Source: Balanoglossus misakiensis (lineage: Eukaryota; Animalia; Hemichordata). Taken from it: a stretch of 64,000 bases of DNA. Shown here piece after piece: positions 46,801-61,800 of the stretch; the first letter of the stretch is position 1; the number at the start of each line of letters is the position of its first letter. The stretch is from positions 14,261,834-14,325,833 of the forward strand of contig CM082579.2 of the NCBI GenBank assembly GCA_040954595.2, in the 5' to 3' direction. The translations under genes were made by a program, and so were the position numbers. The notes beneath the pieces are model-generated. The model was not told the DNA's origin and did not search any database. It worked only from the letters and a program-made list of their open reading frames with translations.

Positions 46801-49800
46801 ATCAAAAAATGACAAATTTTGAAAAAAAAACGGGTGAAAATCATCAAAAAATGACCACATTTTCCTCTGCAAAATCTCGAAATTTCGTCGTTTTTTGAAA
46901 AAAAATCATTGGTGGAAAATCATCAAAAAATGACAAATTTTCGTCTTTGCAAAATCTCAAAATTTCGTCCATTTTTGAAAAAAAATCATGGGTAAAAATC
47001 ATCGAAAATGACAAATTTTCGTCTTTGCAAAATCTCAAATTTTCGTCGATTTTTGAAAAAAATCATGGGGGAAAATCATGAAAAAATGACAAATTTTGAA
47101 AAAAAAAACTGGTGAAAATCATCAAAAAATGACACATTTACGACTTTGCAAAATCTCAAAATTTCGTCGATTTTTGAAAAAAATCATGGGTGAAAATCAT
47201 CAAAAAATGACAAATTTTCGTCTTTGCAAAATCTCAAAATTTCGTCCATTTTTGAAAAAAATCATGGGTAAAAATCATCAAAAATGACAAATTTTCGTCT
47301 TTGCAAAATCTCAAGTTTTCGTCGATTTTTGAAAAAAAATCATGGTTGAAAATCATCAAAAAATGACAAAATTTTCGACTTTGTAAAATCACAAAATTTC
47401 GTCGATTTTTTAAAAAAAATCATGGGGGAAAATCATGAAAAAATGCCAAATTTTCCTCTTTGCAAAATCTCAAAATTTCGTCGATTTTTGAAAAAAAATC
47501 ATGGTTGAAAATCATCAAAAAATGACAAATTTTCGTCTTTGCAAAATCTCAACATTTCGTCGATTTTGAAACAAATCATAGGTTCGTCGATTTTTTAAAA
47601 AAAAAACATGGGTGAAAATCATCAAAAAATGACAAATTTTGAAAAAAACCGGGTGAAAATCATCAAAAATGACACATTTTCGTCGACTTTGCAAAATCTC
47701 AAAATTTCGTCGATTTTTGAAAAAAATCATGGGGGAAAATCATGAAAAAATGACAAATTTTCCTCTTTGCAAAATCTCAAAATTTCGTCGATTTTTAAAA
47801 AAAGACATGGGTGAAAATCATCAAAAAATAACACATTTTCGACTTTGCAAAATCTCAAAATTTCGTCCATTTTTGAAAAAAAATCATGGGTAAAATTCAT
47901 CAAAAATGACAAATTTTCGTCTTTGCAAAATCTCACAATTTCGTCGATTTTTGAAAAAAATCATGTGTGAAAATCATCAAAAAATGACAAATTTTCGACT
48001 TTGGAAAATCTCAAATTTCGTCAATTTTTGAAAAAAATCATGGGTGAAAATCATCAAAAAATGACAAATTTTCGACTTTGCAAAATCTCAACATTTCGTC
48101 AATTTTTGAAAAAATCATGGGTGAAAATCATCAAAAAATGACAAATTTTCGACTTTGCAAAATCTCAAAATTTCGTCGATTTTTGAAAAAAATCATGGGG
48201 CAAAATCATGAAAAAATGACAAATTTTCCTCTCTGCAAAATCTCAAAATTTCGTCGATTTTTGAAAAAAAATCATGGGTGAAAATCATCAAAAAATGACA
48301 AATTTTCGTCTTTGCAAAATCTCAAAATTTCGTCCATTTTTGAAAAAAAATCATGGGTAAAAATCATCAAAAATGACAAATTTTCGTCTTTGCAAAATCT
48401 CAAATTTTCGTCGATTTTTGAAAAAAAATCATGGTTTAAAATCATCAAAAAATGACAAAATTTTCGACTTTGTAAAATCACAAAATTTCGTCGATTTTGA
48501 AAAAAATCATAGGTTCGTCGATTTAAAAAAAAAAAAACATGGGTGAAAATCATCAAAAAATGACAAATTTTGAAAAAAAAACGGGTGAAAATCATCAAAA
48601 AATGACACATTTTCCTCTGCAAAATCTCGAAATTTCGTCGTTTTTTGAAAAAAAATCATTGGTGAAAATCATCAAAAAATGACAAATTTTCGTCTTTGCA
48701 AAATCTCAAAATTTCGTCCATTTTTGAAAAAAAATCATGGGTAAAAATCATCGAAAATGACAAATTTTCGTCTTTGCAAAATCTCAAATTTTCGTCGATT
48801 TTTGAAAAAAATCATGGGGGAAAATCATGAAAAAATGACAAATTTTGAAAAAAAAAACTGGTGAAAATCATCAAAAAATGACACATTTACGACTTTGCAA
48901 AATCTCAAAATTTCGTCGATTTTTGAAAAAAATCATGGGTGAAAATCATCAAAAAATGACAAATTTTCGTCTTTGCAAAATCTCAAAATTTCGTCCATTT
49001 TTGAAAAAAAATCATGGGTAAAAATCATCAAAAATGACAAATTTTCGTCTTTGCAAAATCTCAAGTTTTCGTCGATTTTTGAAAAAAAATCATGGTTGAA
49101 AATCATCAAAAAATGACAAAATTTTCGACTTTGTAAAATCACAAAATTTCGTCGATTTTTAAAAAAAATCATGGGGAAAATCATGAAAAAATGCCAAATT
49201 TTCCTCTTTGCAAAATCTCAAAATTTCGTCGATTTTTGAAAAAAAATCATGGTTGAAAATCATCAAAAAATGACAAATTTTCGTCTTTGCAAAATCTCAA
49301 CATTTCGTCGATTTTGAAACAAATCATAGGTTCGTCGATTTTTTAAAAAAAAACATGGGTGAAAATCATCAAAAAATGACAAATTTTGAAAAAAAACCGG
49401 GTGAAAATCATCAAAAAATGACACATTTTCGTCGACTTTGCAAAATCTCAAAATTTCGTCGATTTTTGAAAAAAATCATGGGGAAAATCATGAAAAAATG
49501 ACAAATTTTCCTCTTTGCAAAATCTCAAAATTTCGTCGATTTTTAAAAAAGACATGGGTGAAAATCATCAAAAAATAACACATTTTCGACTTTGCAAAAT
49601 CTCAAAATTTCGTCCATTTTTGAAAAAAAATCATGGGTAAAATTCATCAAAAAATGACAAATTTTCGTCTTTGCAAAATCTCACAATTTCGTCGATTTTT
49701 GAAAAAAATCATGTGTGAAAATCATCAAAAAATGACAAATTTTCGACTTTGGAAAATCTCAAAATTTCGTCAATTTTTGAAAAAAATCATGGGTGAAAAT

Positions 49801-52800
49801 CATCAAAAAATGACAAATTTTCGTCTTTGCAAAATCTCAACATTTCGTCCATTTTTGAAAAAAAATCATTGGTGAAAATCATCAAAAAATGACAAATTTT
49901 CGTCTTTGCAAAATCTCAAAATTTCGTCCATTTTTGAAAAAAAATCATGGGTAAAAATCATCAAAAATGACAAATTTTCGTCTTTGCAAAATCTCAAATT
50001 TTCGTCGATTTTTGAAAAAAATCATGGGGAAAATCATGAAAAAATGACAAATTTTGAAAAAAAACTGGTGAAAATCATCAAAAAATGACACATTTACGAC
50101 TTTGCAAAATCTCAAAATTTCGTCGATTTTTGAAAAAAAATCATGGGTGAAAATCATCAAAAAATGACAAATTTTCGTCTTTGCAAAATCTCAAAATTTC
50201 GTCCATTTTTGAAAAAAAATCATGGGTAAAAATCATCAAAAATGACAAATTTTCGTCTTTGCAAAATCTCAAACTTTCGTCCATTTTTAAAAAACAATCA
50301 TGGGGGAAAATCATCAAAAAATGACAAATTTTCGACTTTGCAAAATCTCAAAATTTCGTCCATTTTTGAAAAAAAATCATGGGTAAAATTCATCAAAAAA
50401 TGACAAATTTTCGTCTTTGCAAAATCTCACAATTTCGTCGATTTTTGAAAAAAATCATGTGTGAAAATCATCAAAAAATGACAAATTTTCGACTTTGGAA
50501 AATCTCAAAATTTCGTCAATTTTGAAAAAAATCATGGGTGAAAATCATCAAAAAATGACAAATTTTCGTCTTTGCAAAATCTCAACATTTCGTCCATTTT
50601 TGAAAAAAATCATTGGTGAAAATCATCAAAAAATGACAAATTTTCGTCTTTGCAAAATCTCAAAATTTCGTCCATTTTTGAAAAAAAATCATGGGTAAAA
50701 AATCATCAAAAATGACAAATTTTCGTCTTTGCAAAATCTCAAATTTTCGTCGATTTTTGAAAAAATCATGGGGAAAATCATGAAAAAATGACAAATTTTG
50801 AAAAAAAAACTGGTGAAAATCATCAAAAAATGACACATTTACGACTTTGCAAAATCTCAAAATTTCGTCGATTTTTGAAAAAAAATCATGGGTGAAAATC
50901 ATCAAAAAATGACAAATTTTCGTCTTTGCAAAATCTCAAAATTTCGTCCATTTTTGAAAAAAAATCATGGGTAAAAATCATCAAAAATGACAAATTTTCG
51001 TCTTTGCAAAATCTCAAACTTTCGTCCATTTTTAAAAAACAATCATGGGGGAAAATCATCAAAAAATGACAAATTTTCGATTTTGCAAAATCTCAAAATT
51101 TCGTCGATTTTTGAAAAAAAATGGGTGAAAATCATCAAAAAATGACACATTTTCGTCGACTTTGCAAAATCTCAAAATTTCGTCGATTTTTGAAAAAAAA
51201 TCATGGGTGAAAATCATCAAAAAATGACAAAATTTTCGACTTTGTAAAATCACAAAATTTCGTCGATTTTTTAAAAAAAATCATGGGGGAAAATCATGAA
51301 AAAATGCCAAATTTTCCTCTTTGCAAAATCTCAAAATTTCGTCGATTTTTGAAAAAAAATCATGGGTGAAAATCATCAAAAAATGACAAATTTTCGTCTT
51401 TGCAAAATCTCAAAATTTCGTCCATTTTTGAAAAAAAATCATGGGTAAAAATCATCAAAAATGACAAATTTTCGTCTTTGCAAAATCTCAAATTTTCGTC
51501 GATCTTTGAAAAAAAATCATGGTTGAAAATCATCAAAAAATGACAAAATTTTCGACTTTGTAAAATCACAAAATTTCGTCGATTTTGAAACAAATCATAG
51601 GTTCGTCGATTTTTTAAAAAAAAACATGGGTGAAAATCATCAAAAAATGACAAATTTTGAAAAAAACCGGGTGAAAATCATCAAAAAATGACACATTGTC
51701 GTCGACTTTGCAAAATCTCAAAATTTCGTCGATTTTTGAAAAAAATCATGGGGGAAAATCATGAAAAAATGACAAATTTTCCTCTTTGCAAAATCTCAAA
51801 ATTTCGTCGATTTTTAAAAAAAGACATGGGTGAAAATCATCAAAAAATAACACATTTTCGACTTTGCAAAATCTCAAAATTTCGTCCATTTTTGAAAAAA
51901 AATCATGGGTAAAATTCATCAAAAAATGACAAATTTTCGTCTTTGCAAAATCTCACAATTTCGTCGATTTTTGAAAAAAATCATGTGTGAAAATCATCAA
52001 AAAATGACAAATTTTCGACTTTGGAAAATCTCAAAATTTCGTCAATTTTTGAAAAAAATCATGGGTGAAAATCATCAAAAAATGACAAATTTTCGTCTTT
52101 GCAAAATCTCAACATTTCGTCCATTTTTGAAAAAAAATCATTGGTGAAAATCATCAAAAAATGACAAATTTTCGTCTTTGCAAAATCTCAAAATTTCGTC
52201 CATTTTTGAAAAAAAATCATGGGTAAAAATCATCAAAAATGACAAATTTTCGTCTTTGCAAAATCTCAAATTTTCGTTGATTTTTGAAAAAAATCATGGG
52301 GAAAATCATGAAAAAATGACAAATTTTGAAAAAAAAAACTTGTGAAAATCATCAAAAAATGACACATTTACGACTTTGCAAAATCTCAAAATTTCGTCGA
52401 TTTTTGAAAAAAAATCATGGGTGAAAATCATCAAAAAATGACAAATTTTCGTCTTTGCAAAATCTCAAAATTTCGTCCATTTTTGAAAAAAAATCATGGG
52501 TAAAAATCATCAAAAATGACAAATTTTCGTCTTTGCAAAATCTCAAACTTTCGTCCATTTTTAAAAAACAATCATGGGGGAAAATCATCAAAAAATGACA
52601 AATTTTCGATTTTGCAAAATCTCAAAATTTCGTCGATTTTTGAAAAAAAATGGGTGAAAATCATCAAAAAATGACACATTTTCGTCGACTTTGCAAAATC
52701 TCAAAATTTCGTCGATTTTTGAAATAAATCATGGGGGAAAATCATCAAAAAATTACAAATTTTCGACTGCAAAATCTCAAAATTTCGTCGATTTTTGAAA

Positions 52801-55800
52801 AAATCATAGGTTCGTCGATTTTTAAAAAAAAAACATGGGTGAAAATCATCAAAAAATGACACATTTTCCTCTGCAAAATCTCAAAATTTCGTCGTTTTTT
52901 GAAAAAAAATCATTGGTGAAAATCATCAAAAAATGACAAATTTTCGTCTTTGCAAAATCTCAAAATTTCGTCCATTTTTGAAAAAAAATCATGGGTAAAA
53001 ATCATCGAAAATGACAAATTTTCGTCTTTGCAAAATCTCAAATTTTCGTCGATTTTTGAAAAAAATCATGGGGGAAAATCATGAAAAAATGACAAATTTT
53101 GAAAAAAAAAACTGGTGAAAATCATCAAAAAATGACACATTTACGACTTTGCAAAATCTCAAAATTTCGTCGATTTTTGAAAAAAAATCATGGGTGAAAA
53201 TCATCAAAAAATGACAAATTTTCGTCTTTGCAAAATCTCAAAATTTCGTCCATTTTTGAAAAAAAATCATGGGTAAAAATCATCAAAAATGACAAATTTT
53301 CGTCTTTGCAAAATCTCAAGTTTTCGTCGATTTTTGAAAAAAAATCATGGTTGAAAATCATCAAAAAATGACAAAATTTTCGACTTTGTAAAATCACAAA
53401 ATTTCGTCGATTTTTTAAAAAAATCATGGGGGAAAATCATGAAAAAATGCCAAATTTACCTCTTTGCAAAATCTCAAAATTTCGTCGATTTTTGAAAAAA
53501 AATCATGGGTGAAAATCATCAAAAAATGACAAATTTTCGTCTTTGCAAAATCTCAAAATTTCGTCCATTTATGAAAAAAATCATGGGTAAAAATCATCAA
53601 AAATGACAAATTTTCGTCTTTGCAAAATCTCAAAATTTCGTCGATTTTTGAAAAAAAATCATGGTTGAAAATCATCAAAAAATGACAAAATTTTCGACTT
53701 TGTAAAATCACAAAATTTCGTCGATTTTGAAACAAATCATAGGTTCGTCGATTTTTTAAAAAAAAACATGGGTGAAAATCATCAAAAAATGACAAATTTT
53801 GAAAAAAAACGGGTGAAAATCATCAAAAAATGACACATTTTCGTCGACTTTGCAAAATCTCAAAATTTCGTCGATTTTTGAAAAAAATCATGGGGGAAAA
53901 TCATGAAAAAATGACAAATTTTCCTCTTTGCAAAATCTCAAAATTTCGTCGATTTTTAAAAAAAGACATGGGTGAAAATCATCAAAAAATAACACATTTT
54001 CGACTTTGCAAAATCTCAAAATTTCGTCCATTTTTGAAAAAAAATCATGGGTAAAATTCATCAAAAAATGACAAATTTTCGTCTTTGCAAAATCTCACAA
54101 TTTCGTCGATTTTTGAAAAAAATCATGTGTGAAAATCATCAAAAAATGACAAATTTACGACTTTGGAAAATCTCAAAATTTCGTCAATTTTTGAAAAAAT
54201 CATGGGTGAAAATCATCAAAAAATGACAAATTTTCGTCTTTGCAAAATCTCAACATTTCGTCCATTTTTGAAAAAAAATCATTGGTGAAAATCATCAAAA
54301 AATGACAAATTTTCGTCTTTGCAAAATCTCAAAATTTCGTCCATTTTTGAAAAAAAATCATGGGTAAAAATCATCAAAAATGACAAATTTTCGTCTTTGC
54401 AAAATCTCAAATTTTCGTCGATTTTTGAAAAAAATCATGGGGGAAAATCATGAAAAAATGACAAATTTTGAAAAAAAAAACTGGTGAAAATCATCAAAAA
54501 ATGACACATTTACGACTTTGCAAAATCTCAAAATTTCGTCGATTTTTGAAAAAAAATCATGGGTGAAAATCATCAAAAAATGACAAATTTTCGTCTTTGC
54601 AAAATCTCAAAATTTCGTCCATTTTTGAAAAAAAATCATGGGTAAAAATCATCAAAAATGACAAATTTTCGTCTTTGCAAAATCTCAAACTTTCGTCCAT
54701 TTTTAAAAAACAATCATGGGGGAAAATCATCAAAAAGTGACAAATTTTCGATTTTGCAAAATCTCAAAATTTCGTCGATTTTTGAAAAAAAATGGGTGAA
54801 AATCATCAAAAAATGACACATTTTCGTCGACTTTGCAAAATCTCAAAATTTCGTCGATTTTTGAAATAAATCATGGGGGAAAATCATCAAAAAATTACAA
54901 ATTTTCGACTGCAAAATCTCAAAATTTCGTCGATTTTTGAAAAAATCATGGTTGAAAATCATCAAAAAATGACAAAATTTTCGACTTTGTAAAATCACAA
55001 AATTTCGTCGATTTTGAAAAAAAATCATAGGTTCGTCGATTTTTAAAAAAAAAACATGGGTGAAAATCATCAAAAAATGACAAATTTTGAAAAAAAAACG
55101 GGTGAAAATCATCAAAAAATGACACATTTTCCTCTGCAAAATTTCGTCGTTTTTTGAAAAAAAATCATTGGTGAAAATCATCAAAAAATGACAAATTTTC
55201 GTCTTTGCAAAATCTCAAAATTTCGTCCATTTTTGAAAAAAAATCATGGGTAAAAATCATCGAAAATGACAAATTTTCGTCTTTGCAAAATCTCAAATTT
55301 TCGTCGATTTTTGAAAAAAATCATGGGGGAAAATCATGAAAAAATGACAAATTTTGAAAAAAAAACTGGTGAAAATCATCAAAAAATGACACATTTACGA
55401 CTTTGCAAAATCTCAAAATTTCGTCGATTTTTGAAAAAAAATCATGGGTGAAAATCATCAAAAAATGACAAATTTTCGTCTTTGCAAAATCTCAAAATTT
55501 CGTCCATTTTTGAAAAAAAATCATGGGTAAAAATCATCAAAAATGACAAATTTTCGTCTTTGCAAAATCTCAAGTTTTCGTCGATTTTTGAAAAAAAATC
55601 ATGGTTGAAAATCATCAAAAAATGACAAAATTTTCGACTTTGTAAAATCACAAAATTTCGTCGATTTTTTAAAAAAATCATGGGGGAAAATCATGAAAAA
55701 ATGCCAAATTTACCTCTTTGCAAAATCTCAAAATTTCGTCGATTTTTGAAAAAAAATCATGGGTGAAAATCATCAAAAAATGACAAATTTTCGTCTTTGC

Positions 55801-58800
55801 AAAATCTCAAAATTTCGTCCATTTTTGAAAAAAATCATGGGTAAAAATCATCAAAAATGACAAATTTTCGTCTTTGCAAAATCTCAAAATTTCGTCGATT
55901 TTTGAAAAAAAATCATGGTTGAAAATCATCAAAAAATGACAAAATTTTCGACTTTGTAAAATCACAAAATTTCGTCGATTTTGAAACAAATCATAGGTTC
56001 GTCGATTTTTTAAAAAAAAACATGGGTGAAAATCATCAAAAAATGACAAATTTTGAAAAAAAACGGGTGAAAATCATCAAAAAATGACACATTTTCGTCG
56101 ACTTTGCAAAATCTCAAAATTTCGTCGATTTTTGAAAAAAATCATGGGGGAAAATCATGAAAAAATGACAAATTTTCCTCTTTGCAAAATCTCAAAATTT
56201 CGTCGATTTTTAAAAAAAGACATGGGTGAAAATCATCAAAAAATAACACATTTTCGACTTTGCAAAATCTCAAAATTTCGTCCATTTTTGAAAAAAAATC
56301 ATGGGTAAAATTCATCAAAAAATGACAAATTTTCGTCTTTGCAAAATCTCACAATTTCGTCGATTTTTGAAAAAAATCATGTGTGAAAATCATCAAAAAA
56401 TGACAAATTTACGACTTTGGAAAATCTCAAAATTTCGTCAATTTTTGAAAAAATCATGGGTGAAAATCATCAAAAAATGACAAATTTTCGTCTTTGCAAA
56501 ATCTCAACATTTCGTCCATTTTTGAAAAAAAATCATTGGTGAAAATCATCAAAAAATGACAAATTTTCGTCTTTGCAAAATCTCAAAATTTCGTCCATTT
56601 TTGAAAAAAAATCATGGGTAAAAATCATCAAAAATGACAAATTTTCGTCTTTGCAAAATCTCAAATTTTCGTCGATTTTTGAAAAAAATCATGGGGGAAA
56701 ATCATGAAAAAATGACAAATTTTGAAAAAAAAAACTGGTGAAAATCATCAAAAAATGACACATTTACGACTTTGCAAAATCTCAAAATTTCGTCCATTTT
56801 TGAAAAAAAATCATGGGTGAAAATCATCAAAAAATGACAAATTTTCGTCTTTGCAAAATCTCAAAATTTCGTCCATTTTTGAAAAAAAATCATGGGTAAA
56901 AATCATCAAAAATGACAAATTTTCGTCTTTGCAAAATCTCAAACTTTCGTCCATTTTTAAAAAACAATCATGGGGGAAAATCATCAAAAAGTGACAAATT
57001 TTCGATTTTGCAAAATCTCAAAATTTCGTCGATTTTTGAAAAAAAATGGGTGAAAATCATCAAAAAATGACACATTTTGAAAAAAAAAAACGGGTGAAAA
57101 TCATCAAAAAATGACACATTTTCCTCTGCAAAATCTCAAAATTTCGTCGATTTTTGAAAAAAAAATCATGGGTAAAAATCATCAAAAAATGACAAATTTT
57201 GAAAAAAAAACGGGTGAAAATCATCAAAAAATGACACATTTTCGACTTTGCAAAATCTCAAAATTTCGTCAATTTTTGAAAAAAAATCATGGGTGAAAAT
57301 CATCAAAAAATGACAAATTTTCGTCTTTGCAAAATCTCAAAATTTCGTCCATTTCTGAAAAAAAATTATGGGTAAAAATCATCAAAAATGACAAATTTTC
57401 ATCTTTGCAAAATCTCAAATTTTCGTCGATTTTTGAAAAAAAATCATGGTTGAAAATCATCAAAAAATGACAAAATTTTCGACTTTGCAAAATCTCAAAA
57501 TTTGGTCGATTTTTGAAAAAAATCATGGGGGAAAATCATGAAAAAATGACAAATTCTCCTCTTTGCAAAATCTCAAAATTTCGTCGATTTTTGAAAAAAA
57601 ATCATGGGTGAAAATCATCAAAAAATGACAAATTTTCGTCTTTGCAAAATCTCAAAATTTCGTCCATTTTTGAAAAAAATCACTGGTGAAAATCATCAAA
57701 AAATGACAAATTTTCGACTTTGCAAAATCTCAACATTTCGTCAATTTTTGAAAAAAATCATGGGGGAAAATCATGAAAAAATGACAAATTTTCCTCTTTG
57801 CAAAATCTCAAAATTTCGTCGATTTTTGAAAAAAAATCATTGGTGAAAATCATCAAAAAATGACAAATTTTCCTCTTTGCAAAATCTCAAAATTTCGTCG
57901 ATTTTTGAAAAAAAATCATGGTTAAAAATCATCAAAAAATGACAAAATTTTCGACTTTGTAAAATCACAAAATTTCGTCGATTTTGAAAAAAATCATAGG
58001 TTCGTCGATTTTTAAAAAAAAAACATGGGTGAAAATCATCAAAAAATGACAAATTTTGAAAAAAAAACGGGTGAAAATCATCAAAAAATGACACATTTTC
58101 CTCTGCAAAATCTCAAAATTTCGTCGTTTTTTGAAAAAAAATCATTGGTGAAAATCATCAAAAAATGACAAATTTTCGTCTTTGCAAAATCTCAAAATTT
58201 CGTCCATTTTTGAAAAAAAATCATGGGTAAAAATCATCAAAAATGACAAATTTTCGTCTTTGCAAAATCTCAAATTTTCGTCGATTTTTGAAAAAAATCA
58301 TGGGGGAAAATCATGAAAAAATGACAAATTTTCCTATTTGCAAAATCTCAAAATTTCGTCGATTTTTGAAAAAAATCATGGGTGAAAATCATGAAAAAAT
58401 GACAAATTTTCCTCTTTGCAAAATCTCAAAATTTCGTCGTTTTTTGAAAAAAAATCATGGGTGAAAATCATCAAAAAATGACAAATTTTCGTCTTTGCAA
58501 AATCTCAAAATTTCGTCCATTTTAGAAAAAAAATCATGGGTAAAAATCATCGAAAATGACAAATTTTCGTCTTTGCAAAATCTCAAATTTTCGTCGATTT
58601 TTGAAAAAAATCATGGGGGAAAATCATGAAAAAATGACAAATTTTGAAAAAAAAAAATGGTGAAAATCATCAAAAAATGACACATTTACGACTTTGCAAA
58701 ATCTCAAAATTTCGTCGATTTTTGAAAAAAAATCATGGGTGAAAATCATCAAAAAATGTCAAATTTTCGTCTTTGCAAAATCTCAAAATTTCGTCCATTT

Positions 58801-61800
58801 TTGAAAAAAAATCATGGGTAAAAATCATCAAAAATGACAAATTTTCCTCTTTGCAAAATCTCAAAATTTCGTCGATTTTTGAAAAAAAATCATGGGTGAA
58901 AATCATCAAAAAATGACAAATTTTCGTCTTTGCAAAATCTCAAAATTTCGTCGATTTTTGAAAAAAAATCATGGTTAAAAATCATCAAAAAATGACAAAA
59001 TTTTCGACTTTGTAAAATCACAAAATTTCGTCGATTTTGAAAAAAATCATAGGTTCGTCGATTTTTAAAAAAAAAACATGGGTGAAAATCATCAAAAAAT
59101 GACAAATTTTGAAAAAAAAAACGGGTGAAAATCATGAAAAAATGACAAATTTTCCTCTTTGCAAAATCTCAAAATTTCGTCGTTTTTTGAAAAAAAATCA
59201 TTGGTGAAAATCATCAAAAAATGACAAATTTTCGTCTTTGCAAAATCTCAAAATTTCGTCCATTTTTGAAAAAAAATCATGGGTAAAAATCATCAAAAAT
59301 GACAAATTTTCGTCTTTGCAAAATCTCAAATTTTCGTCGATTTTTGAAAAAAATCATGGGGGAAAATCATGAAAAAATGACAAATTTTCCTCTTTGCAAA
59401 ATCTCAAAATTTCGTCGATTTTTGAAAAAAATCATGGGTGAAAATCATGAAAAAATGACAAATTTTCCTCTTTGCAAAATCTCAAAATTTCGTCGTTTTT
59501 TGAAAAAAAATCATGGGTGAAAATCATCAAAAAATGACAAATTTTCGTCTTTGCAAAATCTCAAAATTTCGTCCATTTTAGAAAAAAAATCATGGGTAAA
59601 AATCATCGAAAATGACAAATTTTCGTCTTTGCAAAATCTCAAATTTTCGTCGATTTTTGAAAAAAATCATGGGGGAAAATCATGAAAAAATGACAAGTTT
59701 TGAAAAAAAAAACTGGTGAAAATCATCAAAAAATGACACATTTACGACTTTGCAAAATCTCAAAATTTCGTCGATTTTTGAAAAAAAATCATGGGTGAAA
59801 ATCATCAAAAAATGACAAATTTTCGTCTTTGCAAAATCTCAAAATTTCGTCCATTTTTGAAAAAAAATCATGGGTAAAAATCATCAAAAATGACAAATTT
59901 TCGTCTTTGCAAAATCTCAAATTTTCGTCGATTTTTGAAAAAAAATCATGGTTGAAAATCATCAAAAAATGACAACATTTTCGACTTTGTAAAATCACAA
60001 AATTTCGTCGATTTTTGAAAAAAATCATGGGGGAAAATCATGAAAAAATGACAAATTTTCCTCTTTGCAAAATCTCAAAATTTCGTCCATTTTTGAAAAA
60101 AAATCATGGGTAAAAATCATCAAAAATGACAAATTTTCGTCTTTGCAAAATCTCAAATTTTCGTCGATTTTTGAAAAAAATCATGGGGGAAAATCATGAA
60201 AAAATGACAAATTTTGAAAAAAAAAAACTGGTGAAAATCATCAAAAAATGACACATTTACGACTTTGCAAAATCTCAAAATTTCGTCGATTTTGAAAAAA
60301 AATCATGGGTGAAAATCATCAAAAAATGACAAATTTTCGTCTTTGCAAAATCTCAAAATTTCGTCCATTTTTGAAAAAAAATCATGGGTAAAAATCATCA
60401 AAAATGACAAATTTTCGTCTTTGCAAAATCTCAAATTTTCGTCGATTTTTGAAAAAAAATCATGGTTGAAAATCATCAAAAAATGACAAAATTTTCGACT
60501 TTGTAAAATCACAAAATTTCGTCGATTTTTGAAAAAAATCATGGGGGAAAATCATGAAAAAATGACAAATTTTCCTCTTTGCAAAATCTCAAAATTTCGT
60601 CGATTTTTGAAAAAAAATCATGGGTGAAAATCATCAAAAAATGACAAATTTTCGTCTTTGCAAAATCTCAAAATTTCGTCCATTTTTGAAAAAAAATCAT
60701 GGGTAAAAATCATCAAAAATGACAAATTTTCGTCTTTGCAAAATCTCAAATTTTCGTCGATTTTTGAAAAAAAATCATGGTTGAAAATCATCAAAAAATG
60801 ACAAAATTTTCGACTTTGTAAAATCACAAAATTTCGTCGATTTTTGAAAAAAATCATGGGGGAAAATCATGAAAAAATGACAAATTTTCCTCTTTGCAAA
60901 ATCTCAAAATTTCGTCGATTTTTGAAAAAAAATCATGGGTGAAAATCATCAAAAATGACAAATTTTCGTCTTTGCAAAATCTCAAATTTTCGTCGATTTT
61001 TGAAAAAAAATCATGGTTGAAAATCATCAAAAAATGACAAAATTTTCGACTTTGTAAAATCACAAAATTTCGTCGATTTTGAAAAAAATCATAGGTTCGT
61101 CGATTTTTTAAAAAAAAAACATGGGTGAAAATCATCAAAAAATGACAAATTTTGAAAAAAAAACGGGTGAAAATCATCAAAAAATGACACATTTTCGTCG
61201 ACTTTGCAAAATCTCAAAATTTCGTCGATTTTTGAAAAAAATCATGGGGGAAAATCATGAAAAAATGACAAATTTTCCTCTTTGCAAAATCTCAAAATTT
61301 CGTCGATTTTTAAAAAAAGACATGGGTGAAAATCATCAAAAAATAACCAATTTTCGACTTTGCAAAACCTCAAAATTTCGTCCATTTTTGAAAAAAAATC
61401 ATGGGTAAAAATCATCAAAAAATGACAAATTTTGAAAAAAAAACGGGTGAAAATCATCAAAAAATGACACATTTTCGACTTTGCAAAATCTCAAAATTTC
61501 GTCAATTTTTGAAAAAAAATCATGGGTGAAAATCATCAAAAAATGACAAATTTTCGTCTTTGCAAAATCTCAAAATTTCGTCCATTTCTGAAAAAAAATT
61601 ATGGGTAAAAATCATCAAAAATGACAAATTTTCATCTTTGCAAAATCTCAAATTTTCGTCGATTTTTGAAAAAAAATCATGGTTGAAAATCATCAAAAAA
61701 TGACAAAATTTTCGACTTTGCAAAATCTCAAAATTTGGTCGATTTTTGAAAAAAATCATGGGGGAAAATCATGAAAAAATTACAAATTCTCCTCTTTGCA

